Source: a phage. From it: a stretch of 50,633 nucleotides of DNA. The DNA lies in sequence record NC_102605.1; one strand, 5' to 3'. The position numbers and the translations under genes were made by a program. A model generated the notes under the pieces. That model made no database searches. It was given only the letters and a program-made list of their open reading frames with translations, and was not told where the DNA came from. Positions 5,898-14,727 of this stretch are shown here, piece after piece; the stretch's first letter is position 1; each line of letters begins with the position of its first letter.

Positions 5898-7478
5898 ATG
5901 TTTGACTTTGACACCAACAAATTGACACCTCAACAAGTTATAGCCATTGCAGAATCGCAGGGAACATCGCCGCTTCGCGTTGCTATTCAGTCGAACGGCT
6001 ACCGCCAATCGTCCAGCTTTTGGGAGCCTGTGAAGGATATCAACGGCGCTAATGACCGTTATCCTGTGATCTCTTTGGGTAATGATGTTGATGTTGTGGG
6101 TAAACTGTCACGTAGCATTGCTCAATCTGTTCAATTTCCTGAATCATCGGCCTATATGCATTTCATTGGTTGCGTTTCCGCCGCTATGGTTGGACGCTTC
6201 CAGGTTGAGTACCACGGCACTGAACAACCAACGGCGCTTTATGTTGTAACCAGTCAGCCGCCATCAACTGGTAAATCAGCAATCAACAGCCTGGCTATTG
6301 CGCCAATGGTCTGTGAAGTTGAGCGCATCAACGAACAACGCAAGAAAGAGCGAAAGAAGATCGCAGCGAAATTAAAAGGCGTTGAAAAGGAATTGAAAGC
6401 TGAACGTTCCGGCACTGAGTTAGCGGCGTTGTTTGAGGAAAAGGAGGAATTAGAGGAAAAGTTAGAAAAAATGTGCGATATCGTTTTTCCGGTATCAGAC
6501 ACCACGCCGGAAGGGTTAGCAAAGATCAACAATCGCCAGGGTAACTTTGCTGTTATTTCCGATGAAGCAACAAGCATCAACAGCTTACTCGGATTGACTT
6601 ACGCTAATAGTGATCGCAAGACTAACAGCGAATTGGTTCTAAAAGCATGGGACGCAGGACACGTTTCAATAGCTCGCGCCAATTCTGAAAACAATATGAG
6701 TTTTGTTGCGTTGGGCTGCATGAGCGTAATTGCCCAGGATGAAACGATAAAAGGGATCATGGATGCAGGGGCGCGGGGTATCGGTGTTAGTGAACGTTTC
6801 TTGCTTGTGCGTGAAAAAACAATGTTAGGCGAGCGTGTATTTATTGATGAAAATGGTGATCTTGATTACACGCCAGTTGATAAAGAATTAAAGGCGCAAT
6901 ATTTCCAGTTGATTCATAACATCATGACTGAACAAAATGTTGTATTGAAGCCGTCACGTTCTGCAATGCGTGTTCTTAATATTGCTCGCCAGCAATTAGA
7001 GCCAGATTTAGCAGACGGCGGAAAATATTCACATACAATGTTGCGTGGTGCTTTGGGTAAAATGGATAAACAAGTGATTCGTATTGCGTCAGTATTGCAC
7101 ACGATCCGCAATTGGTTTAATCCAAACGGTACGCCGCAAAAGTCGCGAGAAATTGAAGTTGAGACAATGCAAGAGGCTTTGGTGATGTTCAGCGAATTAA
7201 GCAAAACATATATTAACGCCGCGAATGCTTCCGGTCACGCTGGCGATGATGCCGAAATGAGCAAGTTAATTGAAATCATCATTAAGATCTCACGTCAAAA
7301 TAAAGGCGTTACCAATGCAAGAGCGATATATGAAAGTGCGCGTAAGGTTAAGCCGTTTACAGGTCAATCAGGCGTTATGAAACGAATTGAGGAACAATTA
7401 TTGCCAATGCTTGAAGAAAAGAATTATGTTTGCAGCGTTGGTAAATTTGTTTATGTCAATCCTGCGTTAATGGGGTAA
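5898..7478 (+). CDS. P-loop NTPase-like protein of unknown function, possibly DUF3987/replication-associated (526 aa)
   Basis: Walker A-like PPSTGKS, Walker B-like VISDE, charged coiled-coil KKERKK...EELEEKLEK; AAGGAGA RBS. Confidence 0.45.
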   Translation: MFDFDTNKLTPQQVIAIAESQGTSPLRVAIQSNGYRQSSSFWEPVKDINGANDRYPVISLGNDVDVVGKLSRSIAQSVQFPESSAYMHFIGCVSAAMVGRFQVEYHGTEQPTALYVVTSQPPSTGKSAINSLAIAPMVCEVERINEQRKKERKKIAAKLKGVEKELKAERSGTELAALFEEKEELEEKLEKMCDIVFPVSDTTPEGLAKINNRQGNFAVISDEATSINSLLGLTYANSDRKTNSELVLKAWDAGHVSIARANSENNMSFVALGCMSVIAQDETIKGIMDAGARGIGVSERFLLVREKTMLGERVFIDENGDLDYTPVDKELKAQYFQLIHNIMTEQNVVLKPSRSAMRVLNIARQQLEPDLADGGKYSHTMLRGALGKMDKQVIRIASVLHTIRNWFNPNGTPQKSREIEVETMQEALVMFSELSKTYINAANASGHAGDDAEMSKLIEIIIKISRQNKGVTNARAIYESARKVKPFTGQSGVMKRIEEQLLPMLEEKNYVCSVGKFVYVNPALMG

Positions 7479-7480
7479 TC

Positions 7481-7873
7481 ATGTTCTTATTAGATCTGTA
7501 TCGCTTTTGTGAGTCTCGCGAGAAATTCAACCGCCAGGAATTAGCAAGATTTATATTCCGCAACCGTGAATGTGAAAGGCTTGCAAAAAATGCGGGGGTA
7601 ACTCCCCGCTATTTCGCATCAAGTGTGAGTAAAGAGTTTATTTCTCGCCTTATGGGTTTTGGATATTTGGACGGCGTACACTGCGAATATTGGTGTAAAA
7701 ACAAGATGAAAAGACCGTTTAATTTCGAACTATATAGCCTGGAAGGTGATAAAAATCGTTATGTTTTGGAAATTATGAATATAGAGAAAATGAGCGATGA
7801 AGAATTATTCAGCAAGCCAGCATTTGATAGATCTTATTTTGAAAGAAAGTTCAGCAATGCAAATTCCGCATGA
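7481..7873 (+). CDS. Hypothetical protein (130 aa)
   Basis: ORF track. Confidence 0.5.
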   Translation: MFLLDLYRFCESREKFNRQELARFIFRNRECERLAKNAGVTPRYFASSVSKEFISRLMGFGYLDGVHCEYWCKNKMKRPFNFELYSLEGDKNRYVLEIMNIEKMSDEELFSKPAFDRSYFERKFSNANSA

Positions 7874-7994
7874 TGATTTTGTCTATGCGTTAATGCTGTT
7901 GCTTTATAGCGATATGCGAGCGTTTGTGGATCAAGAGCATCAACTGACAAATCATGATGGTGAATTGCTAATTCATGTTAGAAAATTTGAGTAA
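7857..7994 (+). CDS. Hypothetical small protein (~45 aa)
   Basis: Internal ATG of ORF 7797..7994; overlaps the end of the previous gene. Confidence 0.3.
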   Translation: MQIPHDDFVYALMLLLYSDMRAFVDQEHQLTNHDGELLIHVRKFE

Positions 7995-8025
7995 AAGAAA
8001 AGGCGGCTTATGCCGCCTTATTACG
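7995..8025. terminator. Bidirectional rho-independent terminator between converging plus and minus blocks
   Basis: aaggcggc-tta-tgccgcctt hairpin with A/T tracts on both sides. Confidence 0.7.
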
Positions 8026-8397
8026 TTTTAGTGTCCAACCTGCCAGCATACCAGCAATAAACATTAATATACCCATTGCGATTGCCTGAACGTTAAGACC
8101 GTCATTGTTGCGAATTTCTATTCTTTCCGCCGTGATGTTATCGGCCTTAATGCTTGAGGTGCTCACCTGCTTTTTATTTGACGTGTCAACTTGACCAACT
8201 GCCGATTCTTTGAATGTTGTTTCCTGCTTGCTTGATGTATCCTGCTTTGCGGTCACACCAACAGTCTGTTTCACATTCTCCGCTCCAGCCTGTGCCGTTA
8301 TATCAGGCTTGCTACCAATCAGACCAGGTAACACGCTTGAAGCTGAACAACCAGAAAGAGCAATGCACATCATAATAGCCAGTAATTTTCTTTTCAT
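8008..8397 (-). CDS. Unimolecular spanin (lipoprotein signal plus C-terminal TMD)
   Basis: Lipobox LSGC at the N-terminus, C-terminal hydrophobic helix, last gene of the lysis cassette. Confidence 0.65.
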   Translation of the reverse strand: MKRKLLAIMMCIALSGCSASSVLPGLIGSKPDITAQAGAENVKQTVGVTAKQDTSSKQETTFKESAVGQVDTSNKKQVSTSSIKADNITAERIEIRNNDGLNVQAIAMGILMFIAGMLAGWTLKRNKAA

Positions 8398-8897
8398 TTA
8401 TTCAGATCCATTACACAATATTTATATTCAACAGAGCGGCGATTCTTCAATCCCTTTGATTTTTCCTTTTTTCCCGTTTTCGGGTTCCGGTAATATGTCC
8501 AGTTCCAAAGCTCGCCACAACCACCATACAGATCACCATTGTTGATCTTCTTCAACATGGTTGATTTCCTGAATGCACCTGTTCCGGCGTTGAATGTGAA
8601 TGAGTACAAAGCCGCTCGCATAGAAATAGGAATATCAACCTTAACCGCTTTATCAACAGCGTCAGCCGCAACTTTCATATGCTTTGCAAGTAGCGCGTCA
8701 CATTCTCGCCTGGTATATTCCTTTCCTAATATCACATCCTTTCCTGTGATTCCGTGGCATACCGTCCAGATTCCTGCAATATCCTTGTAAGGTTTATACC
8801 TCACGCCCTCAATTTCTTCAATCAAGGGCGATGCCATCATTAAAGCCGCGCCCGTTATGGTAGCGGCTATTGTCTTTTTAATAGCCATTAAATTCAC
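8394..8897 (-). CDS. Endolysin, GH24 lysozyme-like with N-terminal SAR domain
   Basis: N-terminal weakly hydrophobic Gly/Ala-rich segment, then EG...Y.D...G..T lysozyme core. Confidence 0.7.
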   Translation of the reverse strand: MNLMAIKKTIAATITGAALMMASPLIEEIEGVRYKPYKDIAGIWTVCHGITGKDVILGKEYTRRECDALLAKHMKVAADAVDKAVKVDIPISMRAALYSFTFNAGTGAFRKSTMLKKINNGDLYGGCGELWNWTYYRNPKTGKKEKSKGLKNRRSVEYKYCVMDLNK

Positions 8898-8900
8898 TCC

Positions 8901-9116
8901 CTATTTTTGGTTAATTTTAAGAGCGGTTTTAAGATCTCCACACTCTAACGCCTCTCGGATCGCCTTGCTGTCACGCCACCTTAGCCACAAGCCAACAGCG
9001 CCGAAAATAACAAAGAATATGAATGTTAGAACCGCCAACATTAATTGACCAGTTGCAGCGCCAGAGAATGAAGCACCACCACTTGAATAAGTTGCAAAGT
9101 TAATAAATTCACGCAT
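8901..9116 (-). CDS. Holin (probable pinholin, 71 aa)
   Basis: Small protein with hydrophobic TMDs and charged C-terminus, directly upstream of the SAR endolysin. Confidence 0.6.
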   Translation of the reverse strand: MREFINFATYSSGGASFSGAATGQLMLAVLTFIFFVIFGAVGLWLRWRDSKAIREALECGDLKTALKINQK

Positions 9117-9228
9117 AACTAGATCCCTTAAAAATTAAAAAGTCAATATCAAAAAACAGTCTGATTATGTTAACGACAAAAACAAAAAAAGGCCAGCATT
9201 TAGCCAGCCTTTTTATGTGATAATTTAA

Positions 9229-10344
9229 TTATGCAATCATTTCAGGGTAGAACATGAAGCGCCCTATCTCGCCATATTCCTTATCATAGATAATTACCGC
9301 CGCTCTACGGCGTGAACGCCAACCGCCACGCGCCGCATAAGCATCTTTAGCCGCCATAGTGCTATGAACCTCAACAATGCCCAGGCTCGTTTCTGTGACT
9401 GTCTGATGATGCCAATGCCCCACATGCGCATACATTGAATTGGAGTTTCCGAAATCTTCCCGCCAATCCGCTGCACACATCATTAAAAGCGTTTCTGGCT
9501 TGCGTACAGTGTGACCATGATGATAAGCAAGGAACGTTTTTCCATATTGCGTGTGATGCACTACACGCGGAGAAACATCAACATTAACGCGTGGTTCATC
9601 TTCATACGCCGCCGCCATTGCAGCACGTAGCCAGATCATTCCTGATTGGTCGTGATTACCCTCAATGATCTGGATCTCAACTTCTTTATGCTTTTCAAGC
9701 ATACGGCTTACTGCTCTACGCGTGGCACGAATGGCAACATAAACCAGTTTTGCATAACGTGAATCCTGATCCAATACGTGACCGCTTGCAGGTGTGACGG
9801 CTTCTAATCCGTCGCTGTGAATCATATCACCACCAATCAGCAATACGGCCTTTTCGCTATTCGGCGCTTTATCAACTGCATAATCGAAAAACTCATTCAT
9901 TACGTTTTCCGCTGTTGCCGTGTCGTAATTCTCACCGCTTTCATGCTTATGAGCCATTGCGCCAATATGGATATCAAAGATCGGATATAACGCCAGCGTT
10001 TGCGAGTAATCAGTAATTTTTTCCGGTTGCGGCTTGATGCGCGGCACTTCTTCCGAAAATGCAGCCATAGCCGCTTGCATGATTGCCTCTAATTGCTCTT
10101 TGTCTTTGTGCGTCTTAATCCAGGTTAGTTTAGTGTTACCATTCTTATCAACTAACTTTGACTCGCCAATTACAGCAAAGCCAGGCGATCCGATTGTTGA
10201 TATTTCCCCACGTTTAGCCAATTTGCTGTGACGGTGCTCAACCTGTCGCAAGCTCATTCCGTACTTTTCCGCAATCTCACGCAGTTTTAAACCTGCTGCC
10301 CTTTCTGCAATAAGTTGTTCGTCCGTAATTTTTGCCGCACTCAT
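9229..10344 (-). CDS. HTH-domain protein fused to calcineurin-like metallophosphoesterase (371 aa)
   Basis: N-terminal HTH-like region; phosphoesterase motifs DIHIG, GGDMIHSD, GNHD, HHGH, GHWHH. Confidence 0.7.
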   Translation of the reverse strand: MSAAKITDEQLIAERAAGLKLREIAEKYGMSLRQVEHRHSKLAKRGEISTIGSPGFAVIGESKLVDKNGNTKLTWIKTHKDKEQLEAIMQAAMAAFSEEVPRIKPQPEKITDYSQTLALYPIFDIHIGAMAHKHESGENYDTATAENVMNEFFDYAVDKAPNSEKAVLLIGGDMIHSDGLEAVTPASGHVLDQDSRYAKLVYVAIRATRRAVSRMLEKHKEVEIQIIEGNHDQSGMIWLRAAMAAAYEDEPRVNVDVSPRVVHHTQYGKTFLAYHHGHTVRKPETLLMMCAADWREDFGNSNSMYAHVGHWHHQTVTETSLGIVEVHSTMAAKDAYAARGGWRSRRRAAVIIYDKEYGEIGRFMFYPEMIA

Positions 10345-10437
10345 TTCACAAATCCTCTTATTTCATAACAATGGCGTACATCATAAACCATGCCAGCATT
10401 GGCGGCAAGACAACAGCAAACATGAATTTAATTGTTT

Positions 10438-10680
10438 TCACTTGTAATATTTCCTTTGCTCTTTGGTTTTGTTGATCACTTCTTTATAGTCGATTGTTGT
10501 CGGAATTGCCGGAACACGATGAACCTTGCGCGGCTTTTCATCCACATATGCCATTTCATCACCGACAATAACGCACACGTCTTTAATATCGAAATATTGC
10601 GCTATTTTGGCGATCCCTTCATCAAGACCGCCTTTTTTCGCTAACTCCCAGGTTTCCTTTTTACCCTTCGTTACTTTCAT
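10438..10680 (-). CDS. Hypothetical protein (~80 aa)
   Basis: ORF track 10438..10758; internal ATG overlapping the stop of the upstream small ORF. Confidence 0.4.
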   Translation of the reverse strand: MKVTKGKKETWELAKKGGLDEGIAKIAQYFDIKDVCVIVGDEMAYVDEKPRKVHRVPAIPTTIDYKEVINKTKEQRKYYK

Positions 10681-10825
10681 GACCGTAAGCCTTTTTAAGT
10701 AATTCCATAGCATCATTCCAAAGAATTTGCGCAATAACTTTTGTGTTTTTACGCTCAAGCATAAACAAAGATTCTCTTGCTAACCATTGAGCATCTTTGA
10801 AATATTCAACATTAACAATTTTCAT
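10661..10825 (-). CDS. Hypothetical small protein (~54 aa), not in ORF track
   Basis: ATG after GAGGA RBS and conserved leader tcaacgaaacgaaacgagga, downstream of a cassette. Confidence 0.4.
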   Translation of the reverse strand: MKIVNVEYFKDAQWLARESLFMLERKNTKVIAQILWNDAMELLKKAYGHESNEG

Positions 10826-10883
10826 TTTACAAATCCTCGTTTCGTTTCGTTGAAATGATTATGCCCCACATAAGCGGGGCCTT

Positions 10884-10904
10884 TTTAACAAAAAGTGCTA
10901 TTTA
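10884..10904 (-). promoter_or_regulatory. Dyad-motif cassette (minus orientation)
   Basis: Reverse complement aaatagcactttttgttaaaa; hairpin gcccc/ggggc; cataat; motif TAG is the stop of the upstream gene. Confidence 0.6.
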
Positions 10905-11164
10905 TTAGGATCTGCTAAAAATTCTTTTAGATCTTGATTTATCTTTTCTTCCCACTTGCTCAATACAAGCTCTTTTGTTTCATCAAAACTCATATCAAGC
11001 GCATCTGTGAACATCCACAAATCAGATCCTACTGTTTCAGTTTCATTCGCCTTTTCTATCGCATCGCACACCATAGCGCGATAAAGCAACCATAAACAAC
11101 GTTCAGTTAATTCAACGCGTCGATATTCAACGCCATTTTCAACAATAGTTTCAATCTTTTCCAT
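10898..11164 (-). CDS. Hypothetical acidic protein (88 aa)
   Basis: ORF track; tightly follows the Dam gene. Confidence 0.55.
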   Translation of the reverse strand: MEKIETIVENGVEYRRVELTERCLWLLYRAMVCDAIEKANETETVGSDLWMFTDALDMSFDETKELVLSKWEEKINQDLKEFLADPNK

Positions 11165-11166
11165 CT

Positions 11167-11904
11167 TTAAATACTCCGCGCTTTTGTGCGTTTGTTCTTA
11201 ACAGAAGGGCAAATTTCACTAATTGGCACATAATGAGTTTGTTGTTGCTCACCTTCTTTCAGTTGGCGCATGATAAAAATCACGCTTCCTTTATTGTTTC
11301 CACTAACTTGCTCACCTGTCATGCCAGAAATAAACGACACTCGACCAGTGCGGGAATATTGTTTTCCTTCTTCTTCCCATGTTTCGCCAGTGATCCAGAT
11401 AATTTCCGCCGCGTGTTTTTGTGCATCGCTAAACCATGCGGTTGAGTTGTCAGCCGGAAGTAAAATATCAATCTGGTTTCCGTGTTCCATCTGCTCAATT
11501 GCTTTTAACACAAACGGATCTGGATTGCTGTATGGCGGATTAAGCCAAACATGCTTATTGCTACCCCACCAACGCTTTAAACAGTTTGTTTCTTTGCTGT
11601 AAAACTTATCGCATTTTTTATTATCTTCCGTTGCGGCTGCATCAAGATCATATTTGCCGTAACGTTCGGCAAGATAATCAACAATTTCATCTGGCGTTTC
11701 CCACAAATCGCGCACAACGTCCGGCGTTTTACTTCCTGCATAACGGTTGCCGCTAACCTTCAAAAACGTGTTTTCTCTAACTGGCTGATAATGACCACCT
11801 GAACGCAGCGCAATATCTGAATATCTTCCGTATTGCAGTTCATGAAAATCCATTTCCGGCTCAAAAGTATCAATGGTTGCTTTGTCCTGAAAATCCTTAG
11901 CCAT
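11167..11904 (-). CDS. dam: DNA N6-adenine methyltransferase (phage Dam family)
   Basis: Catalytic NPPY motif (WLNPPYS); size and context typical of phage Dam. Confidence 0.8.
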   Translation of the reverse strand: MAKDFQDKATIDTFEPEMDFHELQYGRYSDIALRSGGHYQPVRENTFLKVSGNRYAGSKTPDVVRDLWETPDEIVDYLAERYGKYDLDAAATEDNKKCDKFYSKETNCLKRWWGSNKHVWLNPPYSNPDPFVLKAIEQMEHGNQIDILLPADNSTAWFSDAQKHAAEIIWITGETWEEEGKQYSRTGRVSFISGMTGEQVSGNNKGSVIFIMRQLKEGEQQQTHYVPISEICPSVKNKRTKARSI

Positions 11905-11905
11905 T

Positions 11906-12184
11906 TTATTTTACCTCGCAAGTTAGAGTGTGCTGATAAACGCCAACTTTAATATCAATGGTGTTATCGTTAACAGTGTAATAAGCCGTCCCAATTGGCG
12001 TAAACAGCTTATATTGATTTTTGCTGATATTATCCATTACAACGCCTGTGCTCGGACCGCTTACAACTTTCATATAGTCGCTTGCAACCTCAAACGCTTC
12101 ATTTCCGCAAATATATGTTTTTGGTTTATCCATGCAACCGACAAGGGCAAGTGATAAAGCAACTACTGATAACATCTTTTTCAT
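11906..12184 (-). CDS. Small outer-membrane lipoprotein, Cor-like superinfection-exclusion candidate (92 aa)
   Basis: Signal peptide with lipobox LVGC after an RBS-supported internal ATG (track 11906..12328); own cassette upstream. Confidence 0.45.
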   Translation of the reverse strand: MKKMLSVVALSLALVGCMDKPKTYICGNEAFEVASDYMKVVSGPSTGVVMDNISKNQYKLFTPIGTAYYTVNDNTIDIKVGVYQHTLTCEVK

Positions 12185-12240
12185 GGTTAATTCTCCGTTT
12201 CGTTCTGATGGGTGCATTATGGCGCATTCCGTTGCGCCTG

Positions 12241-12261
12241 TTTTAACAAAAAGTGCTATTT
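12241..12261 (-). promoter_or_regulatory. Dyad-motif cassette (minus orientation)
   Basis: Reverse complement of the motif; hairpin ggcgca/tgcgcc; cataat; leader catcagaacgaaacggaga. Confidence 0.6.
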
Positions 12262-12663
12262 TGTAGCGTCTGCGATAGCCAATTTTACTTGCTCTACGCC
12301 ATAGCATACGGCGGCAAATCCTCCGCATTCCCTAACGCGGCGTAAGAATTCCTTTTGCTCCTGGCTTACTTTCGTGCCTTTCTTGTTGGCTCGTTTAAGC
12401 TCAATGGAAATGAATGCATATTTGCAGCCAATAAAACCAGTCAGGATTAGAATGTCGCTTACTCCCTTTTTCACACCTGCTTGCTGATCCTTTACTGCTG
12501 TGCCTATTGTTTTCTTCCCTTCGTTTTTAGTGTGCCAAACAAGCCACATTGGAAACTCATATGTTAACCATGAGTAAGAATCAACCTGGTGCGCTTCCTC
12601 TTTTCTGTCATCTGGATCTGATTTGTCGTAATACTCCAGATAATCGCCTTTATCAGTAACCAT
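12256..12663 (-). CDS. VRR-NUC domain nuclease
   Basis: PD-(D/E)XK-type D...ELK core (GVSDILIL...ISIELKR), about 135 aa. Confidence 0.65.
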   Translation of the reverse strand: MVTDKGDYLEYYDKSDPDDRKEEAHQVDSYSWLTYEFPMWLVWHTKNEGKKTIGTAVKDQQAGVKKGVSDILILTGFIGCKYAFISIELKRANKKGTKVSQEQKEFLRRVRECGGFAAVCYGVEQVKLAIADATK

Positions 12664-12665
12664 CT

Positions 12666-14639
12666 TTAAAACTCCTTCTGCGCAATCAAATCTTCTTTCT
12701 TTGTGTTTTTGCGATGGGTAACACGTTTCGGCGGCAATATTTGCCCCGCATAACTCATGATCTTAATTGCATTGCGGCAAGTGATCATGAAGTTTGCAGC
12801 CTGGCGATCTATAACGTGTGTTCTAACCGCCTTTGTCCAAAGCGTTTTGCATATCTTGTGTTCTGATTCAGGGAAATATTTTTCGTATGCCCTGAATTCT
12901 ACGCCGCCACTATCACGCAACGTGTAGCAGAATATTACGCCAGCCTGGTTTTTTGTCAGTGTTACATTAAAATCTAACACGTCACACCAATCATTTTTAC
13001 GGTACATCTTGCCGGATAAGTTATCATTTGGATCTCGCAACTGAACATTACAGCAACGGCATACACGCGCCGCAACGTCATTTTTTGCGCCGCAACCTTT
13101 TACAATAACTTTCTTTGTGCGGTCATCAATCTGATCCTCACATTCCTGGAACGTCCAGAAATGTTCACAACGATTTCCGTTTTCATCCTCATTAATGCAA
13201 CGGCGAGCATAGAATGAATTTTCTGTGCCGCAAATCGGGCAATATTTCGGATCTTTATCCTGTGATTTACGCAACTGGAATTGCGCTTGCTCTAACATCG
13301 GATCGAAATACAAATTACCCATTTCAAACATCGTGCCGGAAAAATCCAAAACAAGGTGATCCGTTTTGTGCATTCCCAATACTTCTTTATGGTAAGTTTT
13401 TAATTGACGCATACCGCGCCCCAAAAGCTGAGTTAATAGCGTCAGGCTTCCGATCTTACGCAAAATAACAGAAGTATCCCACGGCGGAACGTTCACTCCA
13501 GTTGTTAGCGCTTGAACCTGGAATATGTATTTCACGCGCCCTTCATAGGCATCCTCAAGCCATAAGCGCCGCTGTTTCTCTCCAGTTTTTCCGGTGATAA
13601 TGTGATATTTCGTGCCAGGAGGAAGCGCCGCCGCCGCCTCTTTACAATGCCTTTCGTCAGCGCAAGTAACAAGAGCGCACAAGCGGTTTTTCATCACCTC
13701 ATGAACCATCTGCATTATTTTCTGCGTCATGGTTCCTGATTGGTGAATCTTGTCACTCATGGCCTTTAATTGCTTCTGGTCATAATCAGCAACGCCAAAT
13801 TCATGCACTGGCGTAAATTCTGATAAGTCGTAACCCAAATCACCAACATTGCCAAAATAAGTTGGAACAACTGAGCCAAATTTTACCAGGTAATCAGTAT
13901 CAATGTTTGTGATCTGCTCACGCCAAAATCCAGGAATTCTTTTATCTTCGACAAGTATCGGCTCAATCCCGCGATATTCCGATCCGGTCATTCCAAATAT
14001 GCGCAACTGATGCCCGTAAGTCTCAAGGCAACGGCGGCGCATTTCTGCAATGATAATGGTGTATTGTGCGCGGCCTGAACCAATCAGCAACGGATGCCCT
14101 TCAACTGGTTCACCTTTCGGTGTCATCATTTGCTCTATGCTTTCGCCGTTTTCCTCGGCTTCAACAATATCATTCCAGTTGACTTGATGACATTCGTCTA
14201 TACCTAAAACTTGTGGGACGTAATCACCCAACGCTTTATTCAATCCACCAATTACAGTGCCTTCCGATCCGACAACAATCGGGAAATAAGCGCTTTTGGT
14301 ATTCAGGCCAGCGCAATAAACGGAATTCGGAACACCAAAGGCGCTAATCTCTTTTGAATCCTGATCCACAATTTCAGATTGACGCGCCAGAAATAACGCT
14401 TTCAACCCCATTTTACGGCACTGAGCCGCAACCATAGCAAAGATGATTGTTTTACCTGCCGATACCGCCGCTTTAACGAAAAACGGATCAACATACTTGC
14501 TCAAGCGCTTTGCAATTTCAGCGTAAGCAACGCATTGGTATTCATACGGGACAATCTCACCAACCGTGAAACGCTTCTGTATTGCTCTGATCTTTTCCTC
14601 TCCAAGATCTGCAATCTGCTTTTCAATGTTAGGAATCAT
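12666..14639 (-). CDS. DExH-box superfamily-2 DNA helicase with C-terminal Cys-rich zinc-finger region
   Basis: Walker A VSAGKT, DECH box (GIDECHQV), helicase C motifs, C-terminal CxxC clusters. Confidence 0.75.
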   Translation of the reverse strand: MIPNIEKQIADLGEEKIRAIQKRFTVGEIVPYEYQCVAYAEIAKRLSKYVDPFFVKAAVSAGKTIIFAMVAAQCRKMGLKALFLARQSEIVDQDSKEISAFGVPNSVYCAGLNTKSAYFPIVVGSEGTVIGGLNKALGDYVPQVLGIDECHQVNWNDIVEAEENGESIEQMMTPKGEPVEGHPLLIGSGRAQYTIIIAEMRRRCLETYGHQLRIFGMTGSEYRGIEPILVEDKRIPGFWREQITNIDTDYLVKFGSVVPTYFGNVGDLGYDLSEFTPVHEFGVADYDQKQLKAMSDKIHQSGTMTQKIMQMVHEVMKNRLCALVTCADERHCKEAAAALPPGTKYHIITGKTGEKQRRLWLEDAYEGRVKYIFQVQALTTGVNVPPWDTSVILRKIGSLTLLTQLLGRGMRQLKTYHKEVLGMHKTDHLVLDFSGTMFEMGNLYFDPMLEQAQFQLRKSQDKDPKYCPICGTENSFYARRCINEDENGNRCEHFWTFQECEDQIDDRTKKVIVKGCGAKNDVAARVCRCCNVQLRDPNDNLSGKMYRKNDWCDVLDFNVTLTKNQAGVIFCYTLRDSGGVEFRAYEKYFPESEHKICKTLWTKAVRTHVIDRQAANFMITCRNAIKIMSYAGQILPPKRVTHRKNTKKEDLIAQKEF

Positions 14640-14650
14640 TTTTTATCCTT

Positions 14651-14679
14651 TTGACTAAATGCCATTTGCGGCATATCAT
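14651..14679 (+). promoter_or_regulatory. Sigma70-type promoter TTGACT-17-TATCAT for the plus-strand HTH gene
   Basis: Canonical hexamers with 17-bp spacer; overlaps the divergent helicase cassette and its hairpin. Confidence 0.5.
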
Positions 14680-14700
14680 ACACAAACTTAATCAAGTTTT

Positions 14701-14720
14701 TTAGCAAAAAGTGCTATAGG
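14701..14720 (-). promoter_or_regulatory. Dyad-motif cassette (minus orientation) for the helicase gene
   Basis: Reverse complement tatagcactttttgctaaaa; tatgat about 21 bp downstream. Confidence 0.55.
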
Positions 14721-14727
14721 TGAAAAT

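Noticed and set aside
9117-9228. A/T-flanked element between the holin and phosphoesterase genes as a terminator
   Set aside because: The two GC arms (ggccagc ... gccagcc) read as a direct repeat rather than an inverted repeat, so a stable hairpin is not supported. Left unannotated.
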